DNA of 63,767 nucleotides from a virus. Lineage: Duplodnaviria; Caudoviricetes. Below, in pieces: positions 29,549 through 38,329 of this stretch (position 1 is the first letter of the stretch; every line of letters starts with the position of its first letter). The notes below the pieces were generated by a model that was not told the DNA's origin, searched no databases, and saw only the letters and a program-made list of their open reading frames with translations. The stretch is from positions 1-63,767 of IMG/VR virus record IMGVR_UViG_3300042475_001147; one strand, given 5' to 3'. Position numbers and translations under genes: made by a program.

Positions 29549-30020
29549 ATTCTACATAAGTTCCGTCGATACTCTTGCGAGCAATGACCTTGTGTGTCCC
29601 GTTGCTGATGTCTGCAATAGCCCCGCATTCATACACACCCACACCATAGTCTGCGGTGTTGGTGATGTGAGACATTGCGCAGTACCACTTGTCGCCATCC
29701 TTCGCTGTCTTGTATGGCTCACGTGGCATCGTCACTGCCACCTTGTCGTTGCGGTAATCTGCATCGTCAAAGAAGCCCATCTGCTCACTCTGTACCAATA
29801 CCTCGTGGGTCTCATTCTCTGATGTCATGATGCGTGCATCTTCGTGTGTTGCTTTGAACTGGGTCAGCGTTAGATCAGCATCAACCGATGCAGTCACACA
29901 CCACACACCACGACGCACCTTGCTGAACTCGATGCAGTCGATAGTGTCTTTGATGACACACGGGTCAGCGACAACCATCTTGCCGGACTTGTTGATGAAC
30001 TTCAGTAATAGGTTAATCAT
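29535..30020 (-). CDS. Hypothetical protein
   Basis: 161 aa; SGKMVVADPC and QMGFFD motifs. Confidence 0.6.
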   Translation of the reverse strand: MINLLLKFINKSGKMVVADPCVIKDTIDCIEFSKVRRGVWCVTASVDADLTLTQFKATHEDARIMTSENETHEVLVQSEQMGFFDDADYRNDKVAVTMPREPYKTAKDGDKWYCAMSHITNTADYGVGVYECGAIADISNGTHKVIARKSIDGTYVEFEIK

Positions 30021-30288
30021 TTGCTCCGAATATAGAAAAGTTTTTTACCATTGCGTTAGATATCATTTCATTTACTGTTTGATCCGGTATGCCGAGGTCA
30101 CGCTTGGCGATGTCCTCATTGAAGTACCGAGTGGATAATACCAAATGTACTATCTGCTCCTCGATGTTTTCTTCGATGCGTTTCTTCACGTCGAAAGATG
30201 CTTGCTTGTACAGCCCGCGCTGTTTGACCAAGGTGATACCATAGTTCACCTCTTTGATTAATAGTGCTTGTAGTTCTACGATTGTCAT
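30013..30288 (-). CDS. Hypothetical protein (MTIVELQALL)
   Basis: Start reassigned to ATG 30288, after the upstream stop. Confidence 0.55.
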   Translation of the reverse strand: MTIVELQALLIKEVNYGITLVKQRGLYKQASFDVKKRIEENIEEQIVHLVLSTRYFNEDIAKRDLGIPDQTVNEMISNAMVKNFSIFGAND

Positions 30289-30292
30289 ATGT

Positions 30293-31021
30293 TTATGAGT
30301 GATTAAAAATGTATACTGATTTACTTCCCTTGCCGGTGGTGCCACTGCATAGTGTACACTTACTGCAAGTACTCTTATACCCCGCCTCCTTGGACGCCGG
30401 GCAGTTGACCATGCCGGTGTGCTTGGTGTGGGTGCTGTCATCCATGAACGACTGCCACCCCATAGTCTCTGCCAACTCTGTCTGCTCAAGGTTGTGGGTC
30501 GATGCCATGAAGAACTGTCTATAATCGTACGCCCATGGCTTTCTCCATTGGTGTGTGTACCCTGTCCAAGACTTGGCAACCGTACACATATCCCGCATCA
30601 AATCGATGGGTATCAGTACCGGCTCACCGTAAGTACCGAACCGCACATACCGATCACTACACATAGCCACGACCAATGCATGTAGCATGTCGTCCAACTT
30701 GGGGATATCATCCCAGTGTTTGTGCTTGGTTGCAATGCTACGCAACTGCGATACCATACCTGAATACTGCATCATCTTGTGGGTGTAGCAACCTTTCAAC
30801 TCGGCGCCACTACCCATAGAATACGGGCAGTCAAAACACACATCGCCGTCCTTGCTGAAGAACGATTGCATGCTTGACTTGGATTGAGCGTCCTCGAATT
30901 GGTCTCGGCTGTAGTGATAGGTCTGAACAATCTTCTCCGATACCGGAGCAATCTTGTCGTTCGATGTGAACCCTAAACGCACAACGCATAGGGTGTCCCC
31001 AATAATAAACTCTGTTCTCAT
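30293..31021 (-). CDS. Cys-rich Gp88-like putative metal/Fe-S protein
   Basis: CFDCPY...CY, VRFGTYGEP, WTGYTHQW, CPAS...CSKCTLC. Confidence 0.55.
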   Translation of the reverse strand: MRTEFIIGDTLCVVRLGFTSNDKIAPVSEKIVQTYHYSRDQFEDAQSKSSMQSFFSKDGDVCFDCPYSMGSGAELKGCYTHKMMQYSGMVSQLRSIATKHKHWDDIPKLDDMLHALVVAMCSDRYVRFGTYGEPVLIPIDLMRDMCTVAKSWTGYTHQWRKPWAYDYRQFFMASTHNLEQTELAETMGWQSFMDDSTHTKHTGMVNCPASKEAGYKSTCSKCTLCSGTTGKGSKSVYIFNHS

Positions 31022-31143
31022 GTGTTTGCTTTTGTTTTACGCTTTTGTTACAAGTCCGCATCGAAGATGCGTCCTTGTGTCTTCGAAGACACGGTGATGA
31101 AAAACCAAATTCAAAAGACACCGTGTCCTCTCTGACAACATTA

Positions 31144-31176
31144 CAAAGGTAGTATAAATCTATGACAATTCCAAAT
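31144..31176 (-). promoter_or_regulatory. Early promoter (TTTG-20 nt-TACCTTTG)
   Basis: Canonical Bacteroidota spacing; shares ATTTGGAATTGTCATA with the promoters at 36.9 and 37.1 kb. Confidence 0.75.
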
Positions 31177-31204
31177 CTATATCTACCAATTTCTTTGTTG
31201 AATA

Positions 31205-31429
31205 CTAGTCTTCAAGTCTTTGTTCTTGTTCGTCTATGTAATCCGAATAGTAATCGAGCAAGCCTTCGGCGTATATACCCATATCTGCATCGATGCCTTG
31301 CTCATGCAGTAATTCCTCGGGGTCAGCGCCGTGGTCAATCGACCGGCACATCCGCCTGATTTCTTCAGTGCATCGTTCTGCGGTGTATTCATTCCGAACA
31401 CACATCGCATTAAATAAATCAATCTTCAT
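31205..31429 (-). CDS. Hypothetical protein
   Basis: MKIDLFNAMC...GADPEELLHEQG. Confidence 0.55.
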   Translation of the reverse strand: MKIDLFNAMCVRNEYTAERCTEEIRRMCRSIDHGADPEELLHEQGIDADMGIYAEGLLDYYSDYIDEQEQRLED

Positions 31430-31679
31430 ACTCTTCGTAGTGAATGAACTCACATAGTTTGTCGTTGATCATCTCGATGATTTCCCTCTCGTGTACATCA
31501 AAGAATTTCTTGAGGATGTCCATCTTCTGCTCGTCGGTAAACGTGCGTTGGTTGTCGTTGATGATGTCCACATCGTCAGTACACCACCGCAGTGCCAGTG
31601 GGAAAACGAATCGATTCTGCTCAAGTACATTCTGTAAATCTTGAGGGGTTTGGTAGGGGTTCATATTAAATTTTGTCAT
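31419..31679 (-). CDS. Hypothetical protein
   Basis: LRWCTDDV motif; acidic. Confidence 0.55.
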   Translation of the reverse strand: MTKFNMNPYQTPQDLQNVLEQNRFVFPLALRWCTDDVDIINDNQRTFTDEQKMDILKKFFDVHEREIIEMINDKLCEFIHYEEYED

Positions 31680-32280
31680 GGTCGTTTGTGTTGGTGTCAT
31701 CGAAGACACTTTGTAGTTCTGATTTGAATTCTTCCCATTGCTTCCCGTCCATTACTTCTTGCAGGTCTTTGAAGTGTTCGATTGCGTCCTCCAATGAGTC
31801 GTAATCTGCATCCTCTATGCCCTCAAGGATTGAGTCCGTGCCGTCACTCAGTACCCTGTACTGATAGTAGGATAGTTGCTTGTCGTTTGTTACCTCGCCC
31901 ACCTCGGCGCTGAAGAACCCGCCGAAGTCCATGCCAGGCTCCTCGTACTCCGCCTCTACATTGAGGTTGTATACCGCGCTGAGTTTGCGAAAGAACTCAC
32001 ACATAGGACTCCATGCCGACGAGCCTATGAGATTTACGTGGTCTTTGTTGTCGTCGATGTCAACGTCGAACCACTTACTACCATACCGCAAGTACACATC
32101 GTACTCGGGGTCGCCCTCTTGCCACGGAGGCAAGCCCAATGCCACCGAGTAAGTGCCGTACCACAACAGCCCGCTGTTCTCTGCGTTCAATTCCATCGCC
32201 TTGTTTACATTGGCGATTAACTTCTCGAGGTCTGCCCTATCACCGGTAAAGCATGACCAATTCCAACAATGATTTGCCAT
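31666..32280 (-). CDS. YubB/DUF1281 ferredoxin-like domain protein
   Basis: MANHCWN, YGSKW, SAWSP, YEEPGMDFGG. Confidence 0.7.
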   Translation of the reverse strand: MANHCWNWSCFTGDRADLEKLIANVNKAMELNAENSGLLWYGTYSVALGLPPWQEGDPEYDVYLRYGSKWFDVDIDDNKDHVNLIGSSAWSPMCEFFRKLSAVYNLNVEAEYEEPGMDFGGFFSAEVGEVTNDKQLSYYQYRVLSDGTDSILEGIEDADYDSLEDAIEHFKDLQEVMDGKQWEEFKSELQSVFDDTNTNDHDKI

Positions 32281-32282
32281 AG

Positions 32283-32819
32283 TTATTTTGTTTTTCTTTC
32301 GTACATGTTCTTGATTTTTGCAATAAATTCCGCGTTCTTACATAGGCATTCGAATGTGTAGTCGTTGCTTCTGAAAGAATACAGCAGTGTGGGTTCCAAT
32401 GCCATCACCTCCCATATCGGCTCACCATCAAGCAATGGGTGATTGCCCGTGAGTTTGGCATCAAAGTAAAAATCGTAGTCGCTATTCCTGTCGGAGTACA
32501 TTGATACCTTAATACTTGTGCCTCGTCTGCCATTTTGAGTCTCCCACCAATCACTTGTAATCTGTAGGTTTAGACCCAGTGCATTTATCTCGTGCCACAA
32601 TGCCTCGTAGTTTTCTTGGAAGATTGGTTCCATTGCTGAGAACACAGCCTCATTGTGCTTTTTGATTCTTGCAATCTCGTCCCTCTTGCGTTGGACTGAG
32701 TTGATGATGTCGTCCACGCCTAGCAAGGACTCGCCTCGGCTTGCCCGCTTTGATTGGTTGTGGCTGATGAATTCTTCGGTGATCTGATCGATCAAGTTTT
32801 GTTGGTTTTCAGTTAACAT
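32283..32819 (-). CDS. Hypothetical protein
   Basis: 178-aa ORF in the operon. Confidence 0.6.
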   Translation of the reverse strand: MLTENQQNLIDQITEEFISHNQSKRASRGESLLGVDDIINSVQRKRDEIARIKKHNEAVFSAMEPIFQENYEALWHEINALGLNLQITSDWWETQNGRRGTSIKVSMYSDRNSDYDFYFDAKLTGNHPLLDGEPIWEVMALEPTLLYSFRSNDYTFECLCKNAEFIAKIKNMYERKTK

Positions 32820-33007
32820 GATTGTGTTTTATTAAGTTGTTCGTCCCATAGTTCTGCCCGGTATTGTATCTCCTGCATATCTAGGTAAACTGTGATTGAA
32901 TCCTCCAATGTATTGTTCCATACTTGGATTGATAGATGGCAATCGCCGGACTCCACTTCGTAGTCGTTGGCTTTGAACCATGCGTGTGCTTTTTCTATTT
33001 GTGTCAT
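32813..33007 (-). CDS. Hypothetical protein
   Basis: 64 aa, coupled. Confidence 0.55.
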   Translation of the reverse strand: MTQIEKAHAWFKANDYEVESGDCHLSIQVWNNTLEDSITVYLDMQEIQYRAELWDEQLNKTQSC

Positions 33008-33237
33008 AGTGTGTAGATTACATTGTCTTGTGCGTCGTCTTGATAGTACATAGCCCCGCCGTCGTTGCCCTCATCATCCTTTTGTGACAGGAGGAAAGAT
33101 CCGTCGGTGAACCTGATAACTAATGGTCTTTTGTACCACCCCATGCCCTTGCACTCCTGCTCGGTCATGTAGCGTACGCTCTCAATCCTCTTGCCTACGA
33201 GGAAAGTAAAGTTGCTTGCGTGCTGTTGGTCTGTCAT
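33004..33237 (-). CDS. Phage hypothetical protein
   Basis: LVGKRI..VRYM...DDEGNDGGA. Confidence 0.65.
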   Translation of the reverse strand: MTDQQHASNFTFLVGKRIESVRYMTEQECKGMGWYKRPLVIRFTDGSFLLSQKDDEGNDGGAMYYQDDAQDNVIYTL

Positions 33238-33782
33238 GATATTTTATTTAAGATTGCCTCCTTGATTTCTGCCGTGGTAATCCTTGACAAGTAACTACCC
33301 AATTCATCCTTGAGTCCGCTTGTTTCGTGGTCGTGTCCGTAGTAGCCGAGGTTCGTGTCGACCAACTCAGTGTCTTCGAAGACACTCACTCCAAACATCT
33401 CGCCGTTCATGTAGTGGCTGAATGTTTTTAGTTCGCTTGTCGCCCACTTATACGCCTGCTCTGCCGTACCTGATTCTAGCACGATAAAGCCAACCTTGCC
33501 CGAGTCCCACTTACAGTCGAATGAATTGATTGAGAATGCCAACCCGCTGTGGTCGTACATGAATACCGGGTATACCCACTTGTACTGAAGTTGCAATGCC
33601 TCTTCCATCTCAGCCCACGATGCGTAGTCCTCGTGTCTAATGCCAATCTCGTTGGGGAAATTGTACCGCTTGTGGAACAGGGCGAACTTGGTCTCATTGT
33701 CCCACTCTCGTGGGCTGTCTGCAAACTGATCGTAGAATATCTCTACCGAGATATTGTCTACACTGATTTCTTGTTCTATCAT
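33234..33782 (-). CDS. Acidic phage hypothetical protein
   Basis: SPREWDN, YDHSG, WDSG.VGFI motifs. Confidence 0.65.
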   Translation of the reverse strand: MIEQEISVDNISVEIFYDQFADSPREWDNETKFALFHKRYNFPNEIGIRHEDYASWAEMEEALQLQYKWVYPVFMYDHSGLAFSINSFDCKWDSGKVGFIVLESGTAEQAYKWATSELKTFSHYMNGEMFGVSVFEDTELVDTNLGYYGHDHETSGLKDELGSYLSRITTAEIKEAILNKIS

Positions 33783-33786
33783 GGTT

Positions 33787-34461
33787 TTAGTTATTAATCG
33801 GTGTCGTCACGACACCGCTTAGCATATCAATTAGTTGGTCGCTTGTGTAGGTTACGTGTTCGTCGTCGTAGTCCGTGGCTTGGATAAATCCTTCGCGTAG
33901 TTCTTCGTCGATGTCGTAACTGTCCATATACTCACGCAAGTATTCGTGTATCATCCACTCTTCTTGGCATTGGAACAACTTGGCATTGGTGTACCCACCA
34001 CGAGCATCGCATCCGCCGTGAATTTGTAGCAACAAGTACTGCTCGTCGTTGATGGTAAGCCAACTGCCTTGCAGTATCTGCGATAGGTCTGACTCCCCAT
34101 TGTAGGTGTTGAAAGTGTGTCCAATCCTCACCTCGCACTTGGTGTCAAGCCAATCCCATTGTGCCTTGCTGACGCCATACACCTCGCCATCCGCATCCCA
34201 ATCCTGGCATGGCATCTCGTTGAAGTAATCGCATACCCAATCCGTTTGTAGTTGGCTTAGGTAATGGAACACCGACACTCGCCTATCCAAATAGTTTCCA
34301 CACCTGTGGTAGGTGTAACTCTCCTCGGGTTCGCCTTCGAAATCCTCGATGGTCTTACCTTGGTTCCGCTCCCATGCCCTGCCGTACGCACCCCCACTAT
34401 CGAGGAAGTGCGTGCCGGTATTCTCTATGAGCATGCCGTAAATTATTTCTTTGGTTCTCAT
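33787..34461 (-). CDS. Acidic phage hypothetical protein
   Basis: ENTG.H.LDSGGAYGR.W, NTYN.E..LSQ, QIHGGCDARGGYT. Confidence 0.7.
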   Translation of the reverse strand: MRTKEIIYGMLIENTGTHFLDSGGAYGRAWERNQGKTIEDFEGEPEESYTYHRCGNYLDRRVSVFHYLSQLQTDWVCDYFNEMPCQDWDADGEVYGVSKAQWDWLDTKCEVRIGHTFNTYNGESDLSQILQGSWLTINDEQYLLLQIHGGCDARGGYTNAKLFQCQEEWMIHEYLREYMDSYDIDEELREGFIQATDYDDEHVTYTSDQLIDMLSGVVTTPINN

Positions 34462-34778
34462 GATAACTCGTCTCTTAAATTAGCCATTATCTGATAAGCC
34501 CAATCCTTGATGGAGCCATCGACTGAATACTCCCAACTCAAATCGACCGTGATGTCCATTCCACATACACTTGTGTCCATTTCCACCATGTCGGTGAGAT
34601 ACATGTCGCTTCTGAAGTTGCTTGCCAACTCCTCTGCGATGCGTCTAATCACCTCGTCGGTGAGTGTCATCGAAGACACTTGGTTTGCCTTTGCCTCAGC
34701 AAGCAATGCCTGCATCTGCTGTAAATTTGCCTCGGTGCGTTGCACCATTTCTTCCATGATTTTGATTTGGTTTTCCAT
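34458..34778 (-). CDS. Hypothetical protein (MENQIK)
   Basis: ATG 34778 after A-rich leader. Confidence 0.55.
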   Translation of the reverse strand: MENQIKIMEEMVQRTEANLQQMQALLAEAKANQVSSMTLTDEVIRRIAEELASNFRSDMYLTDMVEMDTSVCGMDITVDLSWEYSVDGSIKDWAYQIMANLRDELS

Positions 34779-34788
34779 ATTTGTTTTT

Positions 34789-35160
34789 TTAATTGGTTTG
34801 CTCTTGCGGTGTCGTAACGACACTAGTTTCTCGTTTGTCGTACTCAACAAGGGGCGTTTCGGTGCCGTCAATCTCGTTGAATGCCTTGATTAAATAGTTT
34901 GCGTAGGTTACATAGAAATCAGGGCTGAAAAAGCCTATAATTCCTTTTGCCATATCTGCCCTGTCTTTCTCGTAGATCTTGGGAATCTGCCCTACCAACA
35001 CTTTCGTGTCGCTTTGAATCCGTTGCAATAAATACATCGCATACATTGGATGCATAGTCATGATGGCATCAGCCAACATTGCCTGTTGTGATTTTTTCTT
35101 CTTACTCATGATTTGTGTTCTATTAAAAGGGTTTCTATTCTTTTTAGTTGCTTTTGCCAA
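34789..35160 (-). CDS. Hypothetical protein
   Basis: Start probably the internal MSKKKK at 35109 (ATGA-coupled). Confidence 0.55.
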   Translation of the reverse strand: MAKATKKNRNPFNRTQIMSKKKKSQQAMLADAIMTMHPMYAMYLLQRIQSDTKVLVGQIPKIYEKDRADMAKGIIGFFSPDFYVTYANYLIKAFNEIDGTETPLVEYDKRETSVVTTPQEQTN

Positions 35161-35420
35161 TAGTTGTATTCCTCCCGAGTTTGCTCATTGGGTTCGTTGT
35201 TGTAGTCCTCATCTATCGCATCCATTGCGACATGAACTGCCCTAATCATTTCATCCAACTCGAAGTCGTTCGTCACCGAGTCTATGAATACGTTTGAGGT
35301 TGCGTCTGCGAGTTTGTAGCCATCCAAGAACGCCATCGCTAATGCCATGTCGTCAAAGGTTGCGATGGTTTGCGTACCCAAATCGCCCAAGTCAATGCCC
35401 ACTTCGTATATCTTCCTCAT
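35106..35420 (-). CDS. Hypothetical protein (MRKIYEVG)
   Basis: ATGA-coupled to the RadC-like gene. Confidence 0.55.
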   Translation of the reverse strand: MRKIYEVGIDLGDLGTQTIATFDDMALAMAFLDGYKLADATSNVFIDSVTNDFELDEMIRAVHVAMDAIDEDYNNEPNEQTREEYNYWQKQLKRIETLLIEHKS

Positions 35421-35896
35421 GACATCAAGCCCTCCTCTGCCATGGATGTGTATGATTCCAGTGTGAGTATAATGTGGTCGACCAACTTGATATCGAAGAG
35501 GTTCAGTGCCTGCTTGATTTGCCCTGTAATCTTGATATCTTGGTCGGATGGGGTCTTGTTGCCACTCGGGTGATTGTGCATCAATACCACTCCCGATGCA
35601 TTGCACATCAACGCACTTTGAACCATGCCCTTGACGTCCGCCACAGTGCCGTTGACACTGCCCTTTGACAACTGCATGAACCCAATAGGGCGGTTGTGGT
35701 AGTTCAGATACCCAATCCACATCTCTTCGTGGTGTTCCATCACCTCTTCGGGAAAGATGCCACGAAAGAATTTCGCCGCGTGTTCAGAGTTTCTAATCTG
35801 TGTTTTGACGAGTGACTCGTCAAGATCGGTGCGTCGGTATCCAATACTGACCTCACCCAAGAACCATTTGTTTTTCATATTGCTTTTGTTTTGCAT
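35417..35896 (-). CDS. RadC-like JAB-domain protein
   Basis: EE.WI.YLN..N, SKG...GT.AD, HNHPSG...PS..D, LVDHII. Confidence 0.88.
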   Translation of the reverse strand: MQNKSNMKNKWFLGEVSIGYRRTDLDESLVKTQIRNSEHAAKFFRGIFPEEVMEHHEEMWIGYLNYHNRPIGFMQLSKGSVNGTVADVKGMVQSALMCNASGVVLMHNHPSGNKTPSDQDIKITGQIKQALNLFDIKLVDHIILTLESYTSMAEEGLMS

Positions 35897-35906
35897 CCTA
35901 GTGTCG

Positions 35907-36239
35907 TTACGACACCGATTCCTCGGATATAAAGAATTTCAAATCCGCATTGTTTTCAGCGATGAGTTCACGCATTTTTGCCTCGGCTTTCTCTCTTGTA
36001 AAGTGTACGCTGTACATGATGTACTTGTCCATATCGGTTGAATACTCGTCTTCTGAATACACCATGAATACACTTGTTGGTATCGGTGGTGGCGGATCTA
36101 CCACGCTCTCGGTGAGTATGCCGTGATTGTTGATGGCAAGTTGCTCAAACGCAGGTAGCAATGCCATGTAAGTCCATTCATCTGCGATGGTAGCCACACA
36201 TTCCGCATGACCGCCGTGTTCTATGTATACATTTATCAT
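35907..36239 (-). CDS. Hypothetical protein
   Basis: Its TAA stop is the centre of the palindrome at 35901. Confidence 0.55.
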   Translation of the reverse strand: MINVYIEHGGHAECVATIADEWTYMALLPAFEQLAINNHGILTESVVDPPPPIPTSVFMVYSEDEYSTDMDKYIMYSVHFTREKAEAKMRELIAENNADLKFFISEESVS

Positions 36240-36247
36240 GTGTTGGT

Positions 36248-36445
36248 TTATTTTGATACAATCCTTATATACCATAGGTCTGATATATTTTCTTGGTTAA
36301 ACTCAAACTCAAACCCTTTGAGCGTGTAAACTAATCCTTGCTTCTCTGCAATCTCCATAAATTCATCGTCAGACAAGTCCATAATAAATCTTGTTGTTGA
36401 GCCTTCCCATTCATTAGGGTTGATGGCGTAGATTCTGTGTTCCAT
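36248..36445 (-). CDS. Hypothetical protein
   Basis: LSDDEFMEIAEKQGLVYTL..FE..FN. Confidence 0.6.
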   Translation of the reverse strand: MEHRIYAINPNEWEGSTTRFIMDLSDDEFMEIAEKQGLVYTLKGFEFEFNQENISDLWYIRIVSK

Positions 36446-36457
36446 ATTTGCTAGTGT

Positions 36458-36646
36458 TTATTTTGAGTGTCGTAACGACACCAGTTTTTCAATTTGTTCG
36501 GGCGTCTCCGTTACACGGATAGTTCCGATAATAGTTGATACCATCGTGCCACCATCGGTTGCCGATGCCACATAGATAGAACTTGGGTTGACCAAGACAC
36601 GGCGTGTCTCACCGCCCACAATGATTTGGTGTAATGCGATTAACAT
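36458..36646 (-). CDS. Small beta-rich hypothetical protein
   Basis: VLVNPSSI...IRVTETPEQI pattern. Confidence 0.55.
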   Translation of the reverse strand: MLIALHQIIVGGETRRVLVNPSSIYVASATDGGTMVSTIIGTIRVTETPEQIEKLVSLRHSK

Positions 36647-36909
36647 AGTTGTTTAGTTAGTTCGTTCGTGTGCCTTTCAATTAACCCATAAGCGTTACAT
36701 ACGCTCTGTGCAAACGCCTCAATTTCATGCCTTGACGCGTTCGGTGTCGTAACGACACCGCTTTGCATCAGATAATAGTCGGCGATGGTTTGCAACATCT
36801 CCTTGTACATACATACGGCACGCTCTCGGGTGCATTTGTTAAATGTCATCAACTGCATGATGACCTTGTCGGATAGTGTCGTAACGACACCGCTTTTTTG
36901 GTTATTCAT
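36640..36909 (-). CDS. Hypothetical protein containing two palindrome-encoded SGVVTT motifs
   Basis: ATG after AAATCAAATCAAA leader, downstream of the promoter. Confidence 0.55.
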   Translation of the reverse strand: MNNQKSGVVTTLSDKVIMQLMTFNKCTRERAVCMYKEMLQTIADYYLMQSGVVTTPNASRHEIEAFAQSVCNAYGLIERHTNELTKQLC

Positions 36910-36939
36910 TTTGATTTGATTTGGTTCTTATTTCAACAC

Positions 36940-37152
36940 TACAAAGGTACGACAAAGGTATGACAATTCCAAATTGTAAGTCGTGCATCTCCAAGTTGTG
37001 AACTGACTTGCCTTGTGAGTGAACTTGCCGTGTCGTGGTGTCGTAACGACACCGCTTTTTCTTGCCTTGCCTTGCTCGTGTCCGTGTCTTTCGTTCTTGC
37101 CATTCCATCAACAATACAAAGGTACGACAAAGGTATGACAATTCCAAATTGT
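36940..37152 (-). promoter_or_regulatory. Tandem identical early promoters (38-bp direct repeat, 175-bp period)
   Basis: TACAAAGGTACGACAAAGGTATGACAATTCCAAATTGT at 36940-36977 and 37115-37152; reads TTTG-20 nt-TACCTTTG on the minus strand. Confidence 0.8.
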
Positions 37153-37424
37153 CTTGCCGTTTCGCCAACTTCAAAACTGGGCGTGTCCTTGCCGTGTCAC
37201 CCACCAATTTTTGGTGGGTGGTGGGTGTCGTAACGACACCGAAAATATCGGGCGTTTCTTTCCACCGATGGGGTGTAACTTTCCACCATAAAAAAATGAG
37301 GCGTTAAATTAGGCGTTTTAAGGGCATTAAAATAGTGGGGTGAGGGTTAGGTATACCAAAGGGTGAGAAAGTGCGTGTAATGGCTTAAAATAGGGGTAAA
37401 ATGTAGGGGTGAAATAATAGGGGC

Positions 37425-37457
37425 AAAAAAAATACCCCTCCAATATCGGAGGGGTAT
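37425..37457 (-). terminator. Intrinsic terminator downstream of the 245-aa gene
   Basis: Minus strand ATACCCCTCC-GATATT-GGAGGGGTAT plus T run; second hairpin AACCCCCCAAATTTGGGGGGTT at ~37494-37515. Confidence 0.8.
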
Positions 37458-37539
37458 AATAGTGCTATTAATTAATAACCCATATAAACACGAAACCCCC
37501 CAAATTTGGGGGGTTAGTGTTGGGGGTTAATTGGGTTGC

Positions 37540-38277
37540 TTATTTGAGCAACTTGTTAACGGCAATGGGTTTCTTTTCCCTTTGCACTGCATCCAATTTC
37601 TCACGCTGTTTGGGCGTTGTCTTTTTCTCCGCATACTTGCTCTTGATGTGGGCAGTAATGCGTATCAAAAGTTCGTTAATTTCCGCGTCGGTGAAATTCG
37701 TTTCACTTGTGCCGTCGGTGAAAAAGTTCAATTTTAACTTTCCCGATTTGATACCCCAAAGGGTTTCACGGCGTTCGCCACCATCACGCAAATCGGATAA
37801 ACTTTCGCCGTCGGTGTCCGCCTCGCCCTTGTGGTCGTCGTAACTTTTCGCCCATGTGTTGAGGGCATCAATAGAACGCGTCGGGGTTTCGCCGTTTGCC
37901 TCCATCTCATCACATTTGGCGATAAATTTGTTCACGATGTTGGGGGCGATACCGCCGACCTTGACAAGGCGATGAAACCAACTTTTTGTGATTTTGTAAA
38001 CCGCCCAAATTATGGCGTCTTGATTTGGTAACTCCTTTGCAGTCAAGCCCTCATCTTTCAACTTGTTTTTCACCGCCTTGCAAAACTCATCAAAAATGGG
38101 TTTCAACTTTGCCAAATCTTGTGCAAGAATGAGAGACGCCGTAAATTTCGCCTTGTCAAGGTCGTTCAATTTGCTAAACGCAGTTTTAATCTCGTTCACT
38201 TTCAACGCCTTGCTTTGCTTTCCTTTTGAAGCCATTAACATTCCGCTAATGGTTGCTTCGATTTTTTGGTTTTTCAT
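37540..38277 (-). CDS. Basic 245-aa protein, first gene of the early arm; possibly DNA-binding
   Basis: Monocistronic with its own promoter and terminator; Lys-rich, helical. Confidence 0.7.
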   Translation of the reverse strand: MKNQKIEATISGMLMASKGKQSKALKVNEIKTAFSKLNDLDKAKFTASLILAQDLAKLKPIFDEFCKAVKNKLKDEGLTAKELPNQDAIIWAVYKITKSWFHRLVKVGGIAPNIVNKFIAKCDEMEANGETPTRSIDALNTWAKSYDDHKGEADTDGESLSDLRDGGERRETLWGIKSGKLKLNFFTDGTSETNFTDAEINELLIRITAHIKSKYAEKKTTPKQREKLDAVQREKKPIAVNKLLK

Positions 38278-38297
38278 ATTTCGTCATTAAGACGATA

Positions 38298-38329
38298 CAA
38301 TACTACTACAAAGATTTTACAATACCAAA
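38298..38329 (-). promoter_or_regulatory. Early promoter variant (TTTG-20 nt-TAGTATTG)
   Basis: Same spacing as the other early promoters; TTTGGTATTGT resembles TTTGGAATTGT. Confidence 0.55.

Larger units (their letters stand above)
13218..34679. repeat. Dispersed palindrome class N6, GTGTCWTYRAWGACAC, 8 copies
   Basis: Starts at 13218, 20733, 26691, 29944, 31077, 31694, 33370, 34664. Confidence 0.9.
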
